Assembly: GCF_009914755.1 (NCBI RefSeq)
Contig: NC_060933.1
Direction: 5' to 3' (one strand)
Length of the DNA stretch: 64,000 nucleotides
From: the human T2T-CHM13v2.0 reference genome, Homo sapiens
The stretch's first letter is position 1. Every line of letters starts with the position of its first letter. The position numbers were made by a program, and so were the translations under genes. Below the pieces are notes generated by a model that worked only from the letters and a program-made list of their open reading frames with translations, searched no databases and had not been told where the DNA came from. Positions 1-11,349 of the stretch are shown here, one piece after another.

Positions 1-154
1 AATAGACACTTCTCAAAAAAAAATATATATATGATATATATTGAACATTAAAATATATTACATAAATATATTGAACATTAATATATAACATGTAAAATTT
101 AACATAAATATATATAGCATTAAATGGAAAAAGAAGATCATTCAATTTCATTTT

Positions 155-630
155 GAAGAAAGGGTTACATGCACATGTATGTTCATCACAGCACTATTCA
201 CCATAGCAAAGACATGGAATCCACCAAGGTGCCCATCAACGGTAGATTGGATAAAGAAAATGTGGTACATGTACACCATAAAATACAACCATTAAAAAGA
301 ATGAAATCACTTTTGCAGCAACATAGCTGCAGTTGGAGGCCATAATCCTAAGCGAATTAATGCAGGAACAGAAAACCAAATACCACATACTCTCACTTAC
401 AAGTGGGAGCTAAACACTGGATACTCAAGGACATGAAGATTGCAACAATAGACACTGCAGATTCCTAAAAGGGAAGGGGGTGCAAGGGGAGCAAGGACTG
501 AAAAACTAACTGTTGAGTATTATGCTCACTAACTGGATAACAGGATCATTTGTATCCCAAACTTCCACATCACTCAATATACCCATGTACCCCCTGAATC
601 TAAACTAAAAGTTATAATTATTTTTTTAAG
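155..630 (+). mobile_element. LINE-1 3' end (old L1PA/L1PB-like)
   Basis: ORF2 C-terminal and 3'UTR sequence (CAGGAACAGAAAACCAAATACCAC...AAGTGGGAGCTAAAC...CTGAATCTAAACTAAAAG). Confidence 0.85.
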
Positions 631-729
631 TGTTAATACCCCAATTAAGCAAAAGCCATGATATGGGTGGAGGGGGTGATTTTTCAGCTGTACATATGCA
701 TTTCAGTATATGCACACATATAAACATAA

Positions 730-837
730 AGGTATTTGGGTGACAGATACACTAAAAGCCCAGACTTTACCACTACACAGTATACCCATGTGACAAAATT
801 GCACTTGTACCCCTTAAATTTATACACATTTTAAAAA
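730..837 (+). mobile_element. Short LINE-1 3'UTR fragment (L1PB/L1MA-like)
   Basis: GGGTGACAGATACACTAAAAGCCCAGACTTTACCACTAC...GTACCCCTTAAATTTATAC. Confidence 0.7.
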
Positions 838-3130
838 TGTAGAAGCATTAATATGTACACATATAAGCTTGGATTTGGGCTAGCTTGAGGTTAGAAAGTG
901 GATAGATTAAAAAAAAGAGGAATGGGAAATTATATAGATCTTGCTTTGTTTTGGGCACTGTGCTCTGTACTTTACATAAACTACTTTACCTACTTTTCAC
1001 AAATTATTTGTAAAATAGCTACCAGTAGCCTGGAGGCCTTACATAAATTGCCCTGAGTCACACTACCAAAAAGTAACATATGAGGGCTTGGAAGTGAGTC
1101 TATCTGACTTTAAGATCTAGATAAGTTTTCTACTCCATTGAGGAGTAGAATACTTCCAAACATTATTCCAACAGTAGTCCAGTGACTAAACTTTTATAAT
1201 AAATTTCTGCCTGGGGGTTAGCAGTAGCAGGTGTATGTATTGGAGCCCCATTCCTGGATAATCTTCATGCCTAGAGTTATTGCAGACTTCAAAGAGGCCG
1301 TGGACATCCAGTCAACTCATTTGACACATGATGAAACTGAAGCCCAGATGTGATTCTTACACCTACAACCACATGGTTATTTACAATGAGGAACAAAGAT
1401 CAGGATTCCTGTTGTCCAGTCCTAAACAATGTCACCTTCTGTCACCTCTCAAAATGGGGCACATGCAAGGGGCAGGACTTTTAGGACTCACATGGGCTCA
1501 TATAAAAATGTAGAAGAGACAACTCCCTGACAGAATTTAACTGGAAGAGAGTCCTAATCTGAGCCTTTTGATTTGACCATTCTCCTTCTAGGGTCGAATC
1601 GAAAGGCTCAGGTTAGGCTTGGGGAGATAATTTGGTATCTGTGCATTCTTGGAGTTCACTCCACAGAGGACAGAAATCCATAGGCATGCTGCCTTTATGG
1701 GAAGCACTTGTTTGCCTAGAGGGCTCTCTTCCCTTTTAACTTCTCTGGGAACTCTGCTAACATGTCAGGGAGAGCTGATCAAAACAGTAAATGAGGACCC
1801 TGACAAGGATTTTCAAAAATTGCACGCAGATGTCTCCATTTCAGAGAATTGGAAACACAAATCTTTTTTGGATTGCTGTAGCAACAGGGAGAGACAAAAC
1901 AACACATTGCAAGAAGCTGTCCTGTGGGGACTGATAGCAATTTAGGAGAGTGGAGCTGGGGGATTGCGGAGTCCAGACCAACATGTGCTGAGACTGGGAA
2001 TCCCACTGTGGAACGTGGAGCTTGTGTTCTGATGGAAACCACCAGTCTCCACGGCACATTCCCTTCGGTCTGAGCCCCAGTGTGAGAATGTGAAAATGTG
2101 AAATTGGGAAAGGAAAGGCAGGGGGCCAGAAGTAAAGCATGGGCTGGAAATGCTGTCTTTTTGGCTCAGTCTTCATTTGCTCTCTACCAGTCCTCCGGAT
2201 CACGACCAGTAGAACACAACAATCACGTGTTCACAGCAGTTTACCATTTACAAGTTATTTTTCTGCAGCTACTGTCTGAGTTGCTCATTTCATCATTTCA
2301 ATTTAGATAATGGATAATCAGAGCTCAGGGATAGGAATCTAGAATTGTAGTTTTAATTTAAGCCCTTCTGGCTCTAAAACCCTTGACACTAAGCCACACT
2401 AACCAGAGGGTTCTTCAATCATTTCATTGTTATTGAGAAATTTTAACTTTCTTTATACTTTGCCTGTTAGGCCTCAACTTCCCTCTGAGTGGCAAATCTG
2501 TGGTGGCCAAAGAGGCTGGCCTTTATTTCTTTGTTTGGCTTTACTTCTGAGTTATGAATTGGGAAAAGGAAAACTACAAAGTTCAGGGTCAAGCTGTTGG
2601 GCATATGCTGGAGTCAGTTGATAAAATCTAATGATCTCAATGTCCAAAGGGTCTATAAAGATCTATCAATCTAATTAATTCTTAAATGACACACAATTTT
2701 TAAGTCACGTATCCAAGTAAGCAACCTCCCAGTCACAACTGAAACCTTGGTTGGTTTTAAATAAAGGTTAAATGTTTAAATGGGTCACTCAACAAGAACT
2801 CATTGTACCCTCATGACTGTGTTTTTGACATCATGACATTAACTAGTGTGGTTCACTACATCCTGGTTGACATCATGTTGCCTGAGTTAATGACCATATG
2901 TGTACCAAACATAGTAATTAACTAAAGAGGCTACTTAGAGGCAGAAGTGAGCAGTCCAAGGGCTCTGGATAACTACAAAGATCAAGGGGATTAATACCCT
3001 TGCAGGCCTCCTGACTGCAGCCCCTCAGTTGGGAAACTCAGCATTAAATGAACAGTACAAATTAGAATAACTTTTCTGGGGTCAGGGAGAGTATATAAAT
3101 CTTTTGACTATGCCTCTTGACTTAAAATAG

Positions 3131-3884
3131 TGAAACAAGAGAGTTCCCTTGGCCCCTTTGCAGGACTTGTGAAAGGGGTGGCTCGTTTACTTGGCCGTTG
3201 TGCTCAACCCCTTATGGGAGGGAACACGCAAGCAGACAGGTGTGGGAACCAGAGTGAACAAACACTGGAACCACCAGCCACTTCTCTCCAGTGGGAACAG
3301 GCCCTGTTTAGGCCTCATGGCAGCATCCACATGTGTTACAATTGCTCTTTTATCTCTGCCTTTGGGAAGGGATGCCTGGGACCCCTGGAACCCCAGAGGG
3401 CATGCTAACAGCTCAGTGAGGCATTTACCTCATTGTATGGGCCAGCTTCCCTCTACCAGTGAGGACTAGGGGCCAGTGTGACAGCCTTTTTTAGTTCCCC
3501 CACCCAGGGTGTCCTGAATTCTTGTCCAATGTCCAAGAGAAATGAGGTCACATGGACCTAAAGGATGGTGAATGCGGAGATTTTATTGAGTGGTAGAAGT
3601 GGCTCTCAGTGGGATAGGGAGCTGGAAAGGGGATGGAGTGGGAAGGTGCTCTTCCCCTAGAGTTCAGCTGTAGTCTCTGATGTCCAGCTGCTTTTTCTCC
3701 TCTAAACATTCTGATGCTTCTCTCTTCTGTTCTCTGCCACACTGCTCTGCTCCTCTGCCAGTGGAGCTTGGGGTTTTCATGGGCACAGGATAAGGGGTGT
3801 GGCAGGCCAAAAGGAAACATTCGGGTGGGAAAACGGGGATGTGAAGTTCTCATTTTAGCATTTCCCTGCCTTCTGTCCATATCA
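3131..3884 (-). mobile_element. ERV1-class solo LTR (MER52/LTR1/LTR27-28-related)
   Basis: Minus strand starts TGATATGGACAGAAGGCAGGGAAAT and ends ...GTTTCA; AATAAA on minus near 3581-3587; near-TSD ATAG/ACAG. Confidence 0.8.
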
Positions 3885-5799
3885 ACAGCATTGATAAACC
3901 TCATCATATTTATGTGGTATGCTATTTCAAAGCTATTTTTATTCTATTTCTATTGCAAATACCACTGTCAATATAACACTAGCAATACTATGAATGGGGC
4001 TTCACATATATTTATAATGGGGATCTGATGTGAGTCACATATTATCATAAATGCTTCATATATTTATTTTTTCAGTTTTGCAATGATCTTAAGGGCTGTT
4101 TTCTTATTCCCTTTACAGAAGAAGTAAGGCATAAACAACTAAAAGTAAAGAGATTTGCCCCAGATCACAGAGTCGGTAACCCCCAGAACAAAAATTTGAA
4201 TTCATATTTGTTTGAATTCAAGGCCATTGCTTTTTCTATCTCAGAATAACATGGAGACAATATTAAAAATGGATTTTTTTGGAAAGGAAGAAATTGGCAT
4301 ATAGTTGCTTATAAATTAACGAATAGCCTAAATGGAAGTAAAACAGAGAAGAGGATGTAAAAGCAAGAGGTGACTCCACAGGTTGATGTAAGAAGAAGAG
4401 AACAGTAGTACTAGATTAGAGTTTTTTGCATTGTTTTACATTTGTTTATTTTATTTTATTTTTGGTGTTGTTTGCTCATTTAAAGTGTCCCAGTTACCAT
4501 GAGTCCTACCAGAGCTTCAATGGAAAAAGTGCTTAATGGTCAAATAAGCCACAGGCTCTATCCTCCTTGGGCAAGTACAAATATATTATTATCATAAAGG
4601 CCCTCTTCATTTAGAAAGTTGCAGCCTAGAGGGATAGATTTAGCTTTACCTAGTGTTTCTTAAATGATTTAGCATTACCTTTCTCTTCAAAATACCTATT
4701 AACATTCTGTAGAAGTAGCTGTCTCAGGAAGTCTTTTTTGGGGAGCCATGTATTAGATGCAGGAAAAGTTTTCTCCTAGTTTGCCAACAGGTCCCAGTAT
4801 AGATTAAACATTCTAAGGGCCCCAAACAAATCTTTTCAAATCTGTCTCTACTCAGCCACCAATCTAGGAAGTTGAAACAAAGGATCTATGACTGTCTCCC
4901 ATTTCTGTTAGGCAACTCAAATAGCATTCCCATTAGAAACTCAGGAAATTTTAATTTCAAATTGCAAGAGATTAACGTCAATTCCCCACTACACCTTTGA
5001 AGAGAATGATTAAACTAGTTCTTGAGTTCTTGGTGCTAAAACATTTGAGTCATAGGGATGGGGTCTGGGGGCAGGGCTTTGTGTCTTCTTTCCTTTGTCT
5101 TTCTCTGCATTTTCTTAACAGCTGGGCACAATTAAATCACAGATGTTAACAGTGCTGGATAAAACAATTATTGTTACATGACTTTTCTGAGAACTCGGTG
5201 GGTGGGATTCAAGAGGTAACTTGGTGTGAAAACTATGTTTAGCACAGCAGAACTTGGGACTGACAAAGACATTTATGGATTTTATAATACCAGATGGACT
5301 CCCAGATGAAAGGCTTAGGGTTTGCATTTGGGATTGCCGGATGTGAGATTTTTCCAAGGTTGCAGGATAAGTGAGGAAGATTTCATCCATTAGTGTATGT
5401 CAAAGTGTGCCCTGCTGGCTTTGAGCATCCAGTGTGAAGCCAGGGACAGGAGAGGTGTCTTCACACAAGACCAAAATGGAAATCAAAGTCAACTTTCAAC
5501 CTGGAATAAAAAGAGAACTGAAACTGGGACTCAGAAGATCTGGGCTCCAGTCTTCCTTTTATACTACCTTTTTTAAGACTTTGGTCAATGGAAGATTCAA
5601 ATCCAGCACACATTTATAGAACATTTATTGATATTGTAGATGCTATCAAGAAAAACAAAACACAGTTCTCAGATTCTCAGTGATGAAAATTTACAAGGAG
5701 AAAAAAGAAAATATGTGATTAACTGGCTGAAGTAAAATATAAACCAATCACTAAGGATAATAACTCAACCAAATAAATGAGCTACAAGATAGTAGACAT

Positions 5800-6073
5800 G
5801 GCCAGGCACAGTGGCTCACATCTGTAATCCCAGCACTTTGGGAGGCTGAGGCAGGCGGATCACCTGAGGCCAGGAGTTCGAGACCAGCCTGGCCAACATG
5901 GCAAAACCCCGTCTCTACTAAAAGTACAAAAATTGGCCGGGTGTGGCTACTCAGGAAGCTGAAGCAGGAGAATTGCTTGAACTGGGAGGTGGAGGCTGCA
6001 GTGAGCCAAGATCACGCCACTGCATTCCAGCCTGGGTGACAAGAGTGACACTCTGTCTCAAAAAAAAAAGGAA
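5800..6073 (+). mobile_element. AluS with a small internal deletion
   Basis: Alu dimer plus A tail; TSD AGTAGACAT; right-arm deletion at GTGTGG|CTACTC. Confidence 0.95.
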
Positions 6074-8249
6074 AGTAGACATGAGTCTGAGTTGATCTTT
6101 AAAGGATTTTGACAGGTAGCATTATCCAGGTCAAGAGAAGAGTAAAATCAAAGGCACGGAGGCTTGGCCATAGTTAGAAACCATTTGGGAACTTGTGATT
6201 TGAAGGTAAAGAGTTGTGGTTGTAACTCAATAATAACTTTGGATAGTTTATTATTCTTTCAGGCAGCAGGAATGTAATGATGAGAAAATGGGGAACTTCT
6301 GAAGACTTTGGAACAATTATAATTCATATCACATTTTAGGAAAAGACAGAATACATTTCATATCTCTAGTCCAGAGATGGATTTTTAAAAATACAGATTT
6401 TAGCCATTATTTTTGTCACTTTATCAAACATTGAAGCCTTAGCCAGATAACATCCTCTCTCCAGACTTCAGTATGAAATGAGCTGTAGACTTTGGCTCCT
6501 TTCAGAACAAAATCAATTTAATGTAGTCTCTGTGGTGGTCAAAGAAATTGGAGAGGTGATTGGCTTCCTTTTTCTGCACCAGGAACCTTGCCCCCAGACA
6601 TCAGAACAAAAGGTAATCTATGAATGACTTTAAGTCTCCTTGCCTATGCATTGATCAGCTTAAAGAGCTAGCTCTACAGTTGCTATCCTGTTATAGGGAG
6701 TGCTGTCTTAGAAAGTGTTGTCACTATACTCATACTGACCCTAACTGAGATCTGCACAGAAACAATCCCTGGTAAGCATCCTTTATAGCACTGCTACAAA
6801 ATGCAGTTTGTAATTTAGCTGTTATTTGGAGACATGCTTTCATCTTGAGGCTGGATGACCACTTTTCAGCTTTGGACTAAATATTATTCTTAAATGTCAA
6901 TTGCACATTATAATGCTGGGTGTCTGTAACAAAATCTTCTTCAAAAGTAAATAGAAATTTGTTTATAATAATCACCCTTAATGCCACCTCATGTTAAAAA
7001 GTAGTGTTTTGAGAAATGTCAGTATTTAACTGACTTTTTCAGAAATAAGAATAATACAATTTTACAGAGTAAGTTTTATCTAAGAGGCTCAATAGCATGC
7101 AAAACTCATAAATGTCCAAAATGTTTTATTGCCTTTGGAATTCTACTTTTCAAAATTTTCTATAGAGACAGTGAATTCAGAAAACCCAATGGTAATACAT
7201 GAAACAACACATGTAACTAAATCACTGTACAGACTTGGGCAAATCACTTCCCTTCCCCACTCTTGGTTTTTCCCAGGTTGTTACTGGATTTAAACTGGAT
7301 TGAAATCATGGTTGGGACTTATGTAGAGGAACAGATCTAGGGATAGTATACCTGATAGAAGAAATAGCATGTTCAAAGGTAAAGATGAGACTCATTTATT
7401 TGTAGGGTATGGAAGAGAGGGAAAATAATATGCAGACTGATTCTATTAAATCCCATTAATTCTGAGTAAAAACCACAAGCTAAGTGTGAGTCCTTAATTT
7501 GAAATTCTTAAACATCTGAATAAATAGCTTTGATTTTTACTTCAGCTTTATTGAAGGTCTCATATGATTATTAATGAGCTAATTTTCACAGTTTTGGGAG
7601 ATGGGTAGTTTTACGCCCATAGTAAAGAGATGGGGACACAGTAGCTCAGAGGAGTTGTGGAACCAGGGCAAGAACCCAAACCTCCCATCTCTAGGTTATC
7701 TGGCCTCTTAAAACAGCAAGTAGCCATTTCAGGTTCTGGTTTCAATTATCTAACTACACTCTCAATGCAAACAAAGATTTTGAAGCAATATTGAACCCCA
7801 CAGAGAGATCCTGGAAAAATATTCCCAGTGCTTATGCATACACACAGCATTGTTTCTATAGAGGCAGTAAAAGTAGGAAAAAAAAAAAAAATAAAGCCTC
7901 CAGCAAGTGCTTCCATAAGGCCACCTGAAATTCTGGGATAGCTCTACTATTCCAATGCGACACTTAAGAAACGTCATGTAAAGTTTTACAAGAGGAAATG
8001 CTCCTACTTTTTGCACAAAAACCACCTCTTAATATTCTTTCATGGTAAGCAAATATATAAGAAGTCATCGGTATACTGAATAGTTGATGACTAAAGATTA
8101 TTTTATACTTTTGATGTTTTTAATTTTACTTTGTTTTACATTTGCATAAAATTATACAAATTTACTGTGTACAACATGATGTATTAAAGTATATATACAT
8201 TGTAGAATGGATAAATCTGGCTAACACATGCATTACCTCACATAGTTAT

Positions 8250-8702
8250 TGTCAGGCCTCTGAGCCCAAGCCAAGCCATCGCATCCCCTGTGACTTGCAC
8301 GCATACACTCAGATGGCCTGAAGTAACTGAAGAATCACAAAAGAAGTGAATATGCCCTGCCCTACCTTAACTGATGACATTCCACCACAAAAGAAGTGTA
8401 AATGGCCGGTCCTTGCCTTAAGTGATGACATTACCTTGTGAAAGTCCTTTTCCTGGCTCATCCTGGCTCAGAAAGCACCCCCACTAAGCACCTTGCGACC
8501 CCCACTCCTGCCCGCCAGAGAACAAACCCCCTTTGACTGTAATTTTCCTTTACCTACCCAAATCCTATAAAACTGCCCCACCCTTATCTCCCTTCACTGA
8601 CTCTCATTTCGGACTCATCCCACCTGCACCCAGGTGAAATAAACAGCTTCATTGCTCACACAAAGCCTGTTTGGTGGTCTCTTCACACGGACGTGCATGA
8701 AA
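8250..8702 (+). promoter_or_regulatory. 5' LTR7 (LTR7up-like) promoter
   Basis: TATAAAA 8566-8572 followed by a GCCCCACCC GC/GT box; ACAAAAGA at 8337-8344 and 8387-8394; AATAAA 8638-8643. Confidence 0.92.
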
Positions 8703-8704
8703 TT

Positions 8705-8722
8705 TGGTGCCGTGACTCGGAT
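8705..8722 (+). other. Primer binding site for tRNA-His
   Basis: TGGTGCCGTGACTCGGAT immediately after the 5' LTR, complementary to the 3' end of tRNA-His. Confidence 0.95.
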
Positions 8723-8845
8723 CGGGGGACCTCCCTTAGGAGATCAATCCCCCGTCCTCCTGCTCTTTGCTCCGTGAGAAAGATCCACCTACGACCTCAG
8801 GTCCTCAGACCGACCAGCCCAAGAAACATCTCACCAATTTCAAAT

Positions 8846-8854
8846 CCGGTAAGC
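8846..8854 (+). promoter_or_regulatory. HERV-H major splice donor
   Basis: CCG|GTAAGC (GT at 8849-8850), about 150 nt downstream of the LTR, where HERV-H chimeric transcripts usually splice. Confidence 0.85.
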
Positions 8855-9134
8855 GGCCTCTTTTTACTCTCTTCTCCAACTTCCCTCACTATCCTTCAAC
8901 CTCTTTCTCCTTTCAATCTTGGCGCTACACTTCAATCTCTCCCTTCTCTTAATTTCAATTCCTTTCATTTTCTGGTAGAGACAAAGGAGACACATCTTAT
9001 CTGTGGACCCAAAACTCCGGCGCCGGTCACGGACTGGGAAGGCAGCCTTCTGTTGGTGTTTAATCATTGCAGGGAAGCCTCTCTGATTATACACCCACGT
9101 TTCAAGGGTGTCAGACCACGCAGGAATGCCTGCC

Positions 9135-9500
9135 TTGGTCCTTCACCCTTAGCAGCAAGTCCCGCTTTTCTAGGGGAGGGGCAAGTACCCCAACCCCTTC
9201 TGTCCTTGTCTCTACCCCTTCTCTGCTTTTCCGGGGACAGGGCAAGTACCCCAACCCCTTCTGTCCTTGTCTCTACCCCTTCTCTGCTTTTCTGGGAGAG
9301 GGGCAAGTACCCCTCAACCCCTTCTCCTTCACCCTTAGCGGCAAGTCCCACTTTTCTGGGGCAGGGGTAAGTACCCCTCAACCCCTTCTCCTTCACCCTT
9401 AGCGGCAAGTCCTGCTTTTCTGGGGCAGGGGTAAGTACCCCTCAACCCCTTCTCCTTCACCCTTAGTGGCAAGTCCTGCTTTCCTAGGGGGCAAGAACCC
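9135..9500 (+). repeat. Tandem array of ~61-64-bp units in the HERV-H leader
   Basis: About six units sharing GGG(C/T)AAG(T/A)ACCCC; two unit types (CTTCACCCTTAGCGGCAAGTCC = A, TGTCCTTGTCTCTACCCCTTCTCTG = B) in the order A-B-B-A-A-A. Confidence 0.9.
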
Positions 9501-10552
9501 CCCAATCGCTTATTTCTGCACCCCAACCTCTTATCTCTGTGCCCGAATCCCTTATTTCCGCACCCTGACCTCTTATCTCTGTGCCCCAATCCCTTATTTC
9601 CGTGCCCAAACCCCTTCTCTGCTTTTCTGGAGGGCAAGAACCCCCCACCCCTTCTCCGTGTCTCTACTCTTTTCTCTAGGCTTGCCTCCTTCACTATGGG
9701 TAAGCTTCCACCTTCCATTCCTCCTTCTTCTCCCTTAGCCTGTGTTCTCAAAAACTTAAAACCTCTTCAACTCACACCTGACCTAAAACCTAAATGCCTT
9801 ATTTTCTTCTGCAATGCCGCTTGACCCCAGTACAAACTCCACAGTAGTTCCAAATAACCGGAAAACGGCACTTTCAATTTTTCCATCCTACAAGATCTAA
9901 ATAATTCTTGTCGTAAAATAGGGAAATGGTCTGAGGTGCCTGACGTCCAGGCATTCTTTTACACATCAGTCCCTTCCTAGTCTCTGTGCCCAGTGCAACT
10001 CGTCCCAAATCTTCCTTCTTTCCCTCACGCCTGTCCCCTCTGTCCCAACCCCAAGCGTCGCTGAGTCTTTCTAATCTTCCTTTTCTACAGACCCATCTGA
10101 CCTCTCCCCTCCTCGCCAGCCCAAGCTAGGTCCCAATTCTTCCTCAGCCTCCGCTCCTCCACCCTGTAATCTTTTTATCGCCTCCCCTCCTCACACCTGG
10201 TCTGGCTTACAGTTTTGTTCGGTGACTAGCCCTCCCCCACCTGCCCAGCAATTTACTCTTAAAAAGGTGGCTGGAGCCAAAGGCATAGTCAAGGTTAATG
10301 CTCCTTTTTCTTTATCCCAATCAGATAGCGTTTAGGCTTTTTCATGAAATATAAAAACACAGCCCAGTTCATGGCTCGTTCAGCAGCAACCCCGAGACGC
10401 TTTACATCCCTAGACCCTAAAAGGTCAAAAGGCCATCTTATTCTCAAAATACATTTTATTACCCAATCTGCTCCTGACATTAAATAAAACTCCAAAAATT
10501 AAATTCCAGCCCTCAAACCCCACAACAGGATTTAATTAACCTCGCCTTCAAG

Positions 10553-10882
10553 GTGTACAATAATATAAAAAAGTTGCAATTCCTTGCCTCCACTGTGAGA
10601 CAAACCCCAGCCACATCTCCAGCACACAAGAACTTCCAAGCACCTGAACCGCAGCGGCCAGGCGTTCCTCCAGAACCTCCTTCCCCAGGAGCTTGCTACA
10701 AGTGCCAGAAATCTGACCACCAGGCCAAGGAATGCCTGCAGCCCAGGATTCCTCCTAAGCCGTGTCCCATCTGTGCAGGACCCCACTGGAAATCGGACTG
10801 TTCAACTCACCTGGCAGCCACTCCCACAGCCCCTGGAACTCTGGCCCAAGGCTCTCTGACTCCTTCTCGGCTTAGCGGCTGA
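10553..10882 (+). pseudogene. HERV-H gag nucleocapsid remnant
   Basis: ORF contains CYKCQKSDHQAKEC (CX2CX4HX4C) and CPICAGPHWKSDC (CX2CX3HX4C); the upstream gag is disrupted. Confidence 0.9.
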
Positions 10883-10955
10883 AGACTGACGCTGCTGGAT
10901 CGCCTCGGAAGCCCTGTAGACCATCACGGACGCCAAGCTTTAGGTAACTCTCACA

Positions 10956-11310
10956 GTGGAAAGTAAGTCCGTCCCCTTCTTAATCAATACGGAGGCTACC
11001 CACTACACATTACCTTCTTTTCAAGGGCCTGTTTCCCTTGCCTCCATAACTGTTGTGGGTATTGACAGCCAGGCTTCTAAACCTCTTAAACTCCCCAACT
11101 CTGGTGTCAACTTAGACAATACTCTTTTAAGCACTCCTTTTTAGTTATCCCCACCTGCCCAGTTCCCTTATTAGGCCAAGACACTTTAACTAAATTATCT
11201 GCTTCCCTGACTATTCCTGGACTACAGTCGCATCTCATTGCTGCCCTTCTCCCCAACCCAAAGCCTCCTTTGTGTCCTCCTCTTGTATCCCCCCACCTTA
11301 ACCCACAAGT
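10956..11310 (+). pseudogene. HERV-H protease remnant
   Basis: VPFLINTEAT occupies the aspartyl protease FL(I/L)DTGA position, with the catalytic Asp replaced by Asn; frameshifted downstream. Confidence 0.8.
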
Positions 11311-11349
11311 ATAAGATACCTCTACTCCCTCCTTGGCGTCTGACCATGC

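Noticed and set aside
9135-9500. CRISPR-like repeat/spacer appearance of the leader array
   Set aside because: The intervening sequences are themselves repeated (two unit types), the array lies inside a retroviral leader, and there are no cas genes
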